Assembly: GCA_964057225.1 (NCBI GenBank)
Contig: OZ059896.1
Span: forward strand, 19,778,001-19,842,000
Origin: Auanema rhodensis
Lineage: Eukaryota; Animalia; Nematoda
DNA: 64,000 nt
Direction: 5' to 3'
Positions 51,901-64,000 of this stretch are shown here, piece by piece. The first letter of the stretch is position 1; each line of letters opens with the position of its first letter. The notes beneath the pieces were generated by a model. It ran no database searches, was not told where the DNA came from, and saw only the letters and a program-made list of their open reading frames with translations. A program made the translations under genes and the position numbers.

Positions 51901-53485
51901 CGATGGACAATGTTATTCAACGAAAAAATTAATTCTTCAGGGTGAAAATCGAGGATAAAAGTGTGAACTTATATCAGTTGATATCTCGGTGCATTTTTAA
52001 GCTAGCGCAAATCTGATAACACAGATTGACGCAGCTTAAAAATCCGCATCGAATGCACTATACTACATTGAGAAACGCTTAATACAAAAATTAGTTATGA
52101 TCGTTTGAAAAATGATGCATTAGTGTATGTTGAGTTTCCATGTACACTCAACATTGCTTCCAAAAACATTTTGACAAAAATTTTTTCGAAAAATTTCAAA
52201 ATAATTTAGCAAAAAGTAGATGTTTTTAGATTCCTTTTTTCAAGGCAAAGACGATGGACATTGTTATTCAACGAAAAAATTAATTCTTCAGGGTGAAAAT
52301 CGAGGATATAAGTGTGAACTTATATCAGTTGATATCTCGGTGCATTTTTAAGCTAGCGCAAATCTGATAACACAGATCGACGCAGCTTAAAAATCCGCAT
52401 CGAATGCACTATACTACATTGAGAAACGCTTAATACAAAAATTAGTTATGATCGTTTGAAAAATGATGCATTAGTGTATGTTGAGTTTCCATGTACACTC
52501 AACATTGCTTCCAAAAACATTTTGACAAAAATTTTTTCGAAAAATTTCGAAATAATTTAGCAAAAAGTAGATGTTTTTAGATTCCTTTTTTCAAGGCAAA
52601 GACGATGGACATTGTTATTCAACGAAAAAATTAATTCTTCAGGGTGAAAATCGAGGATATAAGTGTGAACTTATATCAGTTGATATCTCGGTGCATTTTT
52701 AGGCTAGCGCAAATCTCATAACACAGATCGACGCAGCTTAAAAATCCGCATCGAATGCACTATACTACATTGAGAAACGCTTAATACAAGAATTAGTTAT
52801 GATCGTTTGAAAAATGATGCATTAGTGTATGTTGAGTTTCCATGTACACTCAACATTGCTTCCAAAAACATTTTGACAAAAATTTTTTCGAAAAATTTCA
52901 AAATAATTTAGCAAAAAGTAGATGTTTTTAGATTCCTTTTTTCAAGGCAAAGACGATGGACAATGTTATTCAACGAAAAAATTAATTCTTCAGGGTGAAA
53001 ATCGAGGATATAAGTGTGAACTTATATCAGTTGATATCTCGGTGCATTTTTAAGCTAGCGCAAATCTGATAACACAGATTGACGCAGCTTAAAAATCCGC
53101 ATCAAATGCACTATACTACATTGAGAAACGCTTAATACAAAAATTAGTTATGATCGTTTGAAAAATGATGCATTAGTGTATGTTGAGTTTCCATGTACAC
53201 TCAACATTGCTTCCAAAAACATTTTCACAAAAATTTTTTCAAAAAATTTCAGAATAATTTAGCAAAAAGTAGATGTTTTTAGATTCCTTTTTTCAAGGCA
53301 AAGACGATGGACAATGTTATTCAACGAAAAAATTAATTCTTCAGGGTGAAAATCGAGGATATAAGTGTGAACTTGTATAAGTTGATATCTCGGTGCATTT
53401 TTAAGCTAGCGCAAATCTGATAACACAGATCGACGCAGCTTAAAAATCCGCATCGAATGCACTATACTACATTGAGAAACGCTTA
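42960..53485. repeat. 15-monomer (5265-bp) tandem duplication within the satellite
   Basis: Private variants recur at +5265: GATGTCTC 43208/48473, ACATGGAG 43645/48910, TTAGGCT 47437/52702, CTTGTATAAG 48110/53375. Confidence 0.92.
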
Positions 53486-56400
53486 TTACAAAAATTAGTT
53501 ATGATCGTTTGAAAAATGATGCATAGTGTATGTTGAGTTTCCATGTACACTCAACATTGCTTCCAAAAACATTTTGACAAAAATTTTTTCGAAAAATTTC
53601 AAAATAATTTAGCAAAAAGTAGATGTTTTCAGATTCCTTTTTTCAAGGCAAAGACGATGGACATTGTTATTCAACGAAAAAATTAATTCTTCAGGGTGAA
53701 AATCGAGGATATAAGTGTGAACTTATATCAGTTGATATCTCGGTGCATTTTTAAGCTAGCGCAAATCTGATAACACAGATCGACGCAGCTTAAAAATCCG
53801 CATCGAATGCAACTATACTACATTGAGAAACGCTTAATACAAAAATTAGTTATGATCGTTTGAAAAATGATGCATTAGTGTATGTTGAGTTTCCATGTAC
53901 ACTCAACATTGCTTCCAAAAACATTTTGACAAAAATTTTTCGAAAAATTTCAAAATAATTTAGCAAAAAGTAGATGTTTTTAGATTCCTTTTTTCAAGGC
54001 AAAGACGATGGACAATGTTATTCAACGAAAAAATTAATTCTTCAGGGTGAAAATCGAGGATATAAGTGTGAACTTATATCAGTTGATATCTCGGTGCATT
54101 TTTAAGCTAGCGCAAATCTGATAACACAGATCGACGCAGCTTAAAAATCCGCATCGAATGCACTATACTACATTGAGAAACGCTTAATACAAAAATTAGT
54201 TATGATCGTTTGAAAAATGATGCATTAGTGTATGTTGAGTTTCCATGTACACTCAACATTGCTTCCAAAAACATTTTGACAAAAATTTTTTCGAAAAATT
54301 TCAAAATAATTTAGCAAAAAGTAGATGTTTTTAGATTCCTTTTTTCAAGGCAAAGACGATGGACAATGTTATTCAACGAAAAAATTAATTCTTCAGGGTG
54401 AAAATCGAGGATATAAGTGTGAACTTATATCAGTTGATATCTCGGTGCATTTTTAAGCTAGCGCAAATCTGATAACACAGATTGACGCAGCTTAAAAATC
54501 CGCATCAAATGCACTATACTACATTGAGAAACGCTTAATACAAAAATTAGTTATGATCGTTTGAAAAATGATGCATTAGTGTATGTTGAGTTTCCATGTA
54601 CACTCAACATTGCTTCCAAAAACATTTTCACAAAAATTTTTTCAAAAAATTTCAGAATAATTTAGCAAAAAGTAGATGTTTTTAGATTCCTTTTTTCAAG
54701 GCAAAGACGATGGACAATGTTATTCAACGAAAAAATTAATTCTTCAGGGTGAAAATCGAGGATATAAGTGTGAACTTGTATAAGTTGATATCTCGGTGCA
54801 TTTTTAAGCTAGCGCAAATCTGATAACACAGATCGACGCAGCTTAAAAATCCGCATCGAATGCACTATACTACATTGAGAAACGCTTATTACAAAAATTA
54901 GTTATGATCGTTTGAAAAATGATGCATAGTGTATGTTGAGTTTCCATGTACACTCAACATTGCTTCCAAAAACATTTTGACAAAAATTTTTTCGAAAAAT
55001 TTCAAAATAATTTAGCAAAAAGTAGATGTTTTCAGATTCCTTTTTTCAAGGCAAAGACGATGGACATTGTTATTCAACGAAAAAATTAATTCTTCAGGGT
55101 GAAAATCGAGGATATAAGTGTGAACTTATATCAGTTGATATCTCGGTGCATTTTTAAGCTAGCGCAAATCTGATAACACAGATCGACGCAGCTTAAAAAT
55201 CCGCATCGAATGCAACTATACTACATTGAGAAACGCTTAATACAAAAATTAGTTATGATCGTTTGAAAAATGATGCATTAGTGTATGTTGAGTTTCCATG
55301 TACACTCAACATTGCTTCCAAAAACATTTTGACAAAAATTTTTTCGAAAAATTTCAAAATAATTTAGCAAAAAGTAGATGTTTTTAGATTCCTTTTTTCA
55401 AGGCAAAGACGATGGACAATGTTATTCAACGAAAAAATTAATTCTTCAGGGTGAAAATCGAGGATATAAGTGTGAACTTATATCAGTTGATATCTCGGTG
55501 CATTTTTAAGCTAGCGCAAATCTGATAACACAGATCGACGCAGCTTAAAAATCCGCATCGAATGCACTATACTACATTGAGAAACGCTTAATACAAAAAT
55601 TAGTTATGATCGTTTGAAAAATGATGCATTAGTGTATGTTGAGTTTCCATGTACACTCAACATTGCTTCCAAAAACATTTTGACAAAAATTTTTTCGAAA
55701 AATTTCTAAATAATTTAGCAAAAAGTAGATGTTTTTAGATTCCTTTTTTCAAGGCAAAGACGATGGACAATGTTATTCAACGAAAAAATTAATTCTTCAG
55801 GGTGAAAATCGAGGATATAAGTGTGAACTTATATCAGTTGATATCTCGGTGCATTTTTAAGCTAGCGCAAATCTCATAACACAGATCGACGCAGCTTAAA
55901 AATCCGCATCGAATGCACTATACTACATTGAGAAACGCTTAATACAAAAATTAGTTATGATCGTTTGAAAAATGATGCATTAGTGTATGTTGAGTTTCCA
56001 TGTACACTCAACATTGCTTCCAAAAACATTTTGACAAAAATTTTTTCGAAAAATTTCAAAATAATTTAGCAAAAAGTAGATGTTTTTAGATTCCTTTTTT
56101 CAAGGCAAAGACGATGGACAATGTTATTCAACGAAAAAATTAATTCTTCAGGGTGAAAATCGAGGATATAAGTGTGAACTTATATCAGTTGATATCTCGG
56201 TGCATTTTTAAGCTAGCGCAAATCTCATAACACAGATCGACGCAGCTTAAAAATCCGCATCGAATGCACTATACTACATTGAGAAACGCTTAATACAAAA
56301 ATTAGTTATGATCGTTTGAAAAATGATGCATTAGTGTATGTTGAGTTTCCATGTACACTCAACATTGCTTCCAAAAACATTTTGACAAAAATTTTTTCGA

Positions 56401-59400
56401 AAAATTTCAAAATAATTTAGCGAAAAGTAGATGTTTTTAGATTCCTTTTTTCGAGGCAAAGACGATGGACAAGGTTATTCAACGAAAAAATTAATTCTTC
56501 AGGGTGAAAATCGAGGATATAAGTGTGAACTTATATCAGTTGATATCTCGGTGCATTTTTAAGCTAGCGCAAATCTGATAACACAGATCGACGCAGCTTA
56601 AAAATCCGCATCGAATGCACTATACTACATTGAGAAACGCTTAATACAAAAATTAGTTATGATCGTTTGAAAAATGATGCATTAGTGTATGTTGAGTTTC
56701 CATGTACACTCAACATTGCTTCCAAAAACATTTTGACAAAAATTTTTTCGAAAAATTTCAAAATAATTTAGCAAAAAGTAGATGTTTTTAGATTCCTTTT
56801 TTCAAGGCAAAGACGATGGACAATGTTATTCAATGAAAAAATTAATTCTTCAGGGTGAAAATCGAGGATATAAGTGTGAACTTATATCAGTTGATATCTC
56901 GGTGCATTTTTAAGCTAGCGCAAATCTCATAACACAGATCGACGCAGCTTAAAAATCCGCATCGAATGCACTATACTACATTGAGAAACGCTTAATACAA
57001 AAATTAGTTATGATCGTTTGAAAAATGATGCATTAGTGTATGTTGAGTTTCCATGTACACTCAACATTGCTTCCAAAAACATTTTGACAAAAATTTTTTC
57101 GAAAAATTTCAAAATAATTTAGCAAAAAGTAGATGTTTTTAGATTCCTTTTTTCAAGGCAAAGACGATGGACAATGTTATTCAACGAAAAAATTAATTCT
57201 TCAGGGTGAAAATCGAGGATATAAGTGTGAACTTATATCAGTTGATATCTCGGTGCATTTTTAAGCTAGCGCAAATCTCATAACACAGATCGACGCAGCT
57301 TAAAAATCCGCATCGAATGCACTATACTACATTGAGAAACGCTTAATACAAAAATTAGTTATGATCGTTTGAAAAATGATGCATTAGTGTATGTTGAGTT
57401 TCCATGTACACTCAACATTGCTTCCAAAAACATTTTGACAAAAATTTTTTCGAAAAATTTCAAAATAATTTAGCGAAAAGTAGATGTTTTTAGATTCCTT
57501 TTTTCGAGGCAAAGACGATGGACAAGGTTATTCAACGAAAAAATTAATTCTTTAGGGTGAAAATCGAGGATATAAGTGTGAACTTATATCAGTTGATATC
57601 TCGGTGCATTTTTAAGCTAGCGCAAATCTCATAACACAGATCGACGCAGCTTAAAAATCCGCATCGAATGCACTATACTACATTGAGAAACGCTTAATAC
57701 AAAAATTAGTTATGATCGTTTGAAAAATGATGCATTAGTGTATGTTGAGTTTCCATGTACACTCAACATTGCTTCCAAAAACATTTTGACAAAAATTTTT
57801 TCGAAAAATTTCAAAATAATTTAGCAAAAAGTAGATGTTTTTAGATTCCTTTTTTCTAGGCAAAGACGATGAACAATGTTATTCAACGAAAAAATTAATT
57901 CTTCAGGGTGAAAATCGAGGATATAAGTGTGAACTTATATCAGTTGATATCTCGGTGCATTTTTAAGCTAGCGCAAATCTGATAACAAACATCGACGCAG
58001 CTTAAAAATCCGCATCGAATGCACTATACTACATTGAGAAACGCTTAATACAAAAATTAGTTATGATCGTTTGAAAAATGATGCATTAGTGTATGTTGAG
58101 TTTCCATGTACACTCAACATTGCTTCCAAAAACATTTTGACAAAAATTTTTTCGAAAAATTTCAAAATAATTTAGCAAAAAGTAGATGTTTTTAGATTCC
58201 TTTTTTTGAGGCAAAGACGATGGACAAGGTTATTCAACGAAAAAATTAATTCTTCAGGGTGAAAATCGAGGATATAAGTGTGAACTTATATCAGTTGATA
58301 TCTCGGTGCATTTTTAAGCTAGCGCAAATCTGATAACACAGATCGACGCAGCTTAAAAATCCGCATCGAATGCAACTATACTACATTGAGAAACGCTTAA
58401 TACAAAAATTAGTTATGATCGTTTGAAAAATGATGCATTAGTGTATGTTGAGTTTCCATGTACACTCAACATTGCTTCCAAAAACATTTTGACAAAAATT
58501 TTTTCGAAAAATTTCAAAATAATTTAGCGAAAAGTAGATGTTTTTAGATTCCTTTTTTCGAGGCAAAGACGATGGACAAGGTTATTCAACGAAAAAATTA
58601 ATTCTTCAGGGTGAAAATCGAGGATATAAGTGTGAACTTATATCAGTTGATATCTCGGTGCATTTTTAAGCTAGCGCAAATCTGATAACACAGATCGACG
58701 CAGCTTAAAAATCCGCATCGAATGCACTATACTACATTGAGAAACGCTTAATACAAAAATTAGTTATGATCGTTTGAAAAATGATGCATTAGTGTATGTT
58801 GAGTTTCCATGTACACTCAACATTGCTTCCAAAAACATTTTGACAAAAATTTTTTCGAAAAATTTCAAAATAATTTAGCAAAAAGTAGATGTTTTTAGAT
58901 TCCTTTTTTCAAGGCAAAGACGATGGACAATGTTATTCAATGAAAAAATTAATTCTTCAGGGTGAAAATCGAGGATATAAGTGTGAACTTATATCAGTTG
59001 ATATCTCGGTGCATTTTTAAGCTAGCGCAAATCTCATAACACAGATCGACGCAGCTTAAAAATCCGCATCGAATGCACTATACTACATTGAGAAACGCTT
59101 AATACAAAAATTAGTTATGATCGTTTGAAAAATGATGCATTAGTGTATGTTGAGTTTCCATGTACACTCAACATTGCTTCCAAAAACATTTTGACAAAAA
59201 TTTTTTCGAAAAATTTCAAAATAATTTAGCAAAAAGTAGATGTTTTTAGATTCCTTTTTTCAAGGCAAAGACGATGGACAATGTTATTCAACGAAAAAAT
59301 TAATTCTTCAGGGTGAAAATCGAGGATATAAGTGTGAACTTATATCAGTTGATATCTCGGTGCATTTTTAAGCTAGCGCAAATCTCATAACACAGATCGA

Positions 59401-62400
59401 CGCAGCTTAAAAATCCGCATCGAATGCACTATACTACATTGAGAAACGCTTAATACAAAAATTAGTTATGATCGTTTGAAAAATGATGCATTAGTGTATG
59501 TTGAGTTTCCATGTACACTCAACATTGCTTCCAAAAACATTTTGACAAAAATTTTTTCGAAAAATTTCAAAATAATTTAGCGAAAAGTAGATGTTTTTAG
59601 ATTCCTTTTTTCGAGGCAAAGACGATGGACAAGGTTATTCAACGAAAAAATTAATTCTTTAGGGTGAAAATCGAGGATATAAGTGTGAACTTATATCAGT
59701 TGATATCTCGGTGCATTTTTAAGCTAGCGCAAATCTCATAACACAGATCGACGCAGCTTAAAAATCCGCATCGAATGCACTATACTACATTGAGAAACGC
59801 TTAATACAAAAATTAGTTATGATCGTTTGAAAAATGATGCATTAGTGTATGTTGAGTTTCCATGTACACTCAACATTGCTTCCAAAAACATTTTGACAAA
59901 AATTTTTTCGAAAAATTTCAAAATAATTTAGCAAAAAGTAGATGTTTTTAGATTCCTTTTTTCTAGGCAAAGACGATGAACAATGTTATTCAACGAAAAA
60001 ATTAATTCTTCAGGGTGAAAATCGAGGATATAAGTGTGAACTTATATCAGTTGATATCTCGGTGCATTTTTAAGCTAGCGCAAATCTGATAACAAACATC
60101 GACGCAGCTTAAAAATCCGCATCGAATGCACTATACTACATTGAGAAACGCTTAATACAAAAATTAGTTATGATCGTTTGAAAAATGATGCATTAGTGTA
60201 TGTTGAGTTTCCATGTACACTCAACATTGCTTCCAAAAACATTTTGACAAAAATTTTTTCGAAAAATTTCAAAATAATTTAGCAAAAAGTAGATGTTTTT
60301 AGATTCCTTTTTTTGAGGCAAAGACGATGGACAAGGTTATTCAACGAAAAAATTAATTCTTCAGGGTGAAAATCGAGGATATAAGTGTGAACTTATATCA
60401 GTTGATATCTCGGTGCATTTTTAAGCTAGCGCAAATCTGATAACACAGATCGACGCAGCTTAAAAATCCGCATCGAATGCACTATACTACATTGAGAAAC
60501 GCTTAATACAAAAATTAGTTATGATCGTTTGAAAAATGATGCATTAGTGTATGTTGAGTTTCCATGTACACTCAACATTGCTTCCAAAAACATTTTGACA
60601 AAAATTTTTTCGAAAAATTTCAAAATAATTTAGCAAAAAGTAGATGTTTTTAGATTCCTTTTTTCAAGGCAAAGACGATGGACAATGTTATTCAATGAAA
60701 AAATTAATTCTTCAGGGTGAAAATCGAGGATATAAGTGTGAACTTATATCAGTTGATATCTCGGTGCATTTTTAAGCTAGCGCAAATCTCATAACACAGA
60801 TCGACGCAGCTTAAAAATCCGCATCGAATGCACTATACTACATTGAGAAACGCTTAATACAAAAATTAGTTATGATCGTTTGAAAAATGATGCATTAGTG
60901 TATGTTGAGTTTCCATGTACACTCAACATTGCTTCCAAAAACATTTTGACAAAAATTTTTTCGAAAAATTTCAAAATAATTTAGCAAAAAGTAGATGTTT
61001 TCAGATTCCTTTTTTCAAGGCAAAGACGATGGACAATGTTATTCAACAAAAAAATTAATTCTTCAGGGTGAAAATCGAGGATATAAGTGTGAACTTATAT
61101 CAGTTGATATCTCGGTGCATTTTTAAGCTAGCGCAAATCTCATAACACAGATCGACGCAGCTTAAAAATCCGCATCGAATGCACTATACTACATTGAGAA
61201 ACGCTTAATACAAAAATTAGTTATGATCGTTTGAAAAATGATGCATTAGTGTATGTTGAGTTTCCATGTACACTCAACATTGCTTCCAAAAACATTTTGA
61301 CAAAAATTTTTTCGAAAAATTTCAAAATAATTTAGCAAAAAGTAGATGTTTTTAGATTCCTTTTTTCGAGGCAAAGACGATGGACAAGGTTATTCAACGA
61401 AAAAATTAATTCTTCAGGGTGAAAATCGAGGATATAAGTGTGAACTTATATCAGTTGATATCTCGGTGCATTTTTAAGCTAGCGCAAATCTGATAACACA
61501 GATCGACGCAGCTTAAAAATCCGCATCGAATGCACTATACTACATTGAGAAACGCTTAATACAAAAATTAGTTATGATCGTTTGAAAAATGATGCATTAG
61601 TGTATGTTGAGTTTCCATGTACACTCAACATTGCTTCCAAAAACATTTTGACAAAAATTTTTTCGAAAAATTTCAAAATAATTTAGCAAAAAGTAGATGT
61701 TTTTAGATTCCTTTTTTCAAGGCAAAGACGATGGACAATGTTATTCAATGAAAAAATTAATTCTTCAGGGTGAAAATCGAGGATATAAGTGTGAACTTAT
61801 ATCAGTTGATATCTCGGTGCATTTTTAAGCTAGCGCAAATCTCATGACACAGATCGACGCAGCTTAAAAATCCGCATCGAATGCACTATACTACATTGAG
61901 AAACGCTTAATACAAAAATTAGTTATGATCGTTTGAAAAATGATGCATTAGTGTATGTTGAGTTTCCATGTACACTCAACATTGCTTCCAAAAACATTTT
62001 GACAAAAATTTTTTCGAAAAATTTCAAAATAATTTAGCAAAAAGTAGATGTTTTTAGATTCCTTTTTTCAAGGCAAAGACGATGGACAATGTTATTCAAC
62101 GAAAAAATTAATTCTTCAGGGTGAAAATCGAGGATATAAGTGTGAACTTATATCAGTTGATATCTCGGTGCATTTTTAAGCTAGCGCAAATCTCATAACA
62201 CAGATCGACGCAGCTTAAAAATCCGCATCGAATGCACTATACTACATTGAGAAACGCTTAATACAAAAATTAGTTATGATCGTTTGAAAAATGATGCATT
62301 AGTGTATGTTGAGTTTCCATGTACACTCAACATTGCTTCCAAAAACATTTTGACAAAAATTTTTTCGAAAAATTTCAAAATAATTTAGCAAAAAGTAGAT

Positions 62401-64000
62401 GTTTTTAGATTCCTTTTTTCAAGGCAAAGACGATGGACAATGTTATTCAACAAAAAAATTAATTCTTCAGGGTGAAAATCGAGGATATAAGTGTGAACTT
62501 ATATCAGTTGATATCTCGGTGCATTTTTAAGCTAGCGCACATCTGATAACAAACATCGACGCAGCTTAAAAATCCGCATCGAATGCACTATACTACATTG
62601 AGAAACGCTTAATACAAAAATTAGTTATGATCGTTTGAAAAATGATGCATTAGTGTATGTTGAGTTTCCATGTACACTCAACATTGCTTCCAAAAACATT
62701 TTGACAAAAATTTTTTCGAAAAATTTCTAAATAATTTAGCAAAAAGTAGATGTTTTTAGATTCCTTTTTTCAAGGCAAAAACGATGGACAATGTTATTCA
62801 ACGAAAAAATTAATTCTTCAGGGTGAAAATCGAGGATATAAGTGTGAACTTATATCAGTTGATATCTCGGTGCATTTTCAAGCTAGCGCAAATCTGATAA
62901 CACAGATCGACGCAGCTTAAAAATCCGCATCGAATGCACTATACTACATTGAGAAACGCTTAATACAAAAATTAGTTATGATCGTTTGAAAAATGATGCA
63001 TTAGTGTATGTTGAGTTTCCTTGTACACTCAACATTGCTTCCAAAAACATTTTGACAAAAATTTTTTCGAAAAATTTCAAAATAATTTAGCAAAAAGTAG
63101 ATGTTTTTAGATTCCTTTTTTCAAGGCAAAGACGATGGACATTGTTATTCAACGAAAAAATTAATTCTTCAGGGTGAAAATCGAGGATATAAGTGTGAAC
63201 TTATATCAGTTGATATCTCGGTGCATTTTTAAGCTAGCGCAAATCTGATAACACAGATCGACGCAGCTTAAAAATTCGCATCGAATGCACTATACTACAT
63301 TGAGAAACGCTTAATACAAAAATTAGTTATGATCGTTTGAAAAATGATGCATTAGTGTATGTTGAGTTTCCATGTACACTCAACATTGCTTCCAAAAACA
63401 TTTTGACAAAAATTTTTTCGAAAAATTTCAAAATAATTTAGCAAAAAGTAGATGTTTTTAGATTCCTTTTTTCAAGGCAAAGACGATGGACAATGTTATT
63501 CAATGAAAAAATTAATTCTTCAGGGTGAAAATCGAGGATATAAGTGTGAACTTATATCAGTTGATATCTCGGTGCATTTTTAAGCTAGCGCAAATCTCAT
63601 GACACAGATCGACGCAGCTTAAAAATCCGCATCGAATGCACTATACTACATTGAGAAACGCTTAATACAAAAATTAGTTATGATCGTTTGAAAAATGATG
63701 CATTAGTGTATGTTGAGTTTCCATGTACACTCAACATTGCTTCCAAAAACATTTTGACAAAAATTTTTTCGAAAAATTTCTAAATAATTTAGCAAAAAGT
63801 AGATGTTTTTAGATTCCTTTTTTCAAGGCAAAGACGATGGACAATGTTATTCAACGAAAAAATTAATTCTTCAGGGTGAAAATCGAGGATATAAGTGTGA
63901 ACTTATATCAGTTGATATCTCGGTGCATTTTCAAGCTAGCGCAAATCTGATAACACAGATCGACGCAGCTTAAAAATCCGCATCGAATGCACTATACTAC

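Larger units (their letters stand above)
12901..64000. repeat. 351-bp tandem satellite, right arm (145 full monomers from 12933 to 63827 plus partials)
   Basis: Same monomer and orientation as the left arm. Starts at 12933, 13284, ... 63828. Confidence 0.99.

Noticed and set aside
1-64000. CRISPR array or repetitive protein gene (351 is divisible by 3)
   Set aside because: There are no unique spacers, monomers are contiguous, and the satellite has no ORF >=60 aa.

Overview
Eukaryotic heterochromatin-type window, probably from a nematode. About 56 kb is one head-to-tail array of a highly homogeneous, AT-rich, palindrome-rich 351-bp satellite (~160 monomers: 1-5237 and 12901-64000). The array is interrupted once by an intact 7663-bp Ty3/Gypsy (Metaviridae, Cer1-like) LTR retrotransposon at 5238-12900. 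The element has two apparently identical LTRs, a 4-bp AAAG target-site duplication, a tRNA-Pro-type PBS, a PPT, and one uninterrupted 2109-aa ORF (Gag-CCHC-PR-[dUTPase-like spacer]-RT-RNase H-IN-GPY/F plus ~400 extra C-terminal residues). Four observations stand out. (i) The LTR is 351 bp, the same length as the host satellite monomer. (ii) The post-integrase extension does not look like Env and looks more like a Cys/His region plus an alpha/beta (SGNH-like) domain, a candidate satellite-targeting module. (iii) The LTR termini are asymmetric (TG...CT). (iv) The satellite preserves a readable history of nested 2-, 3-, 4-, 5-, 6-, 8- and 15-monomer duplications and variant domains. All comparisons were made by eye; no searches were run.
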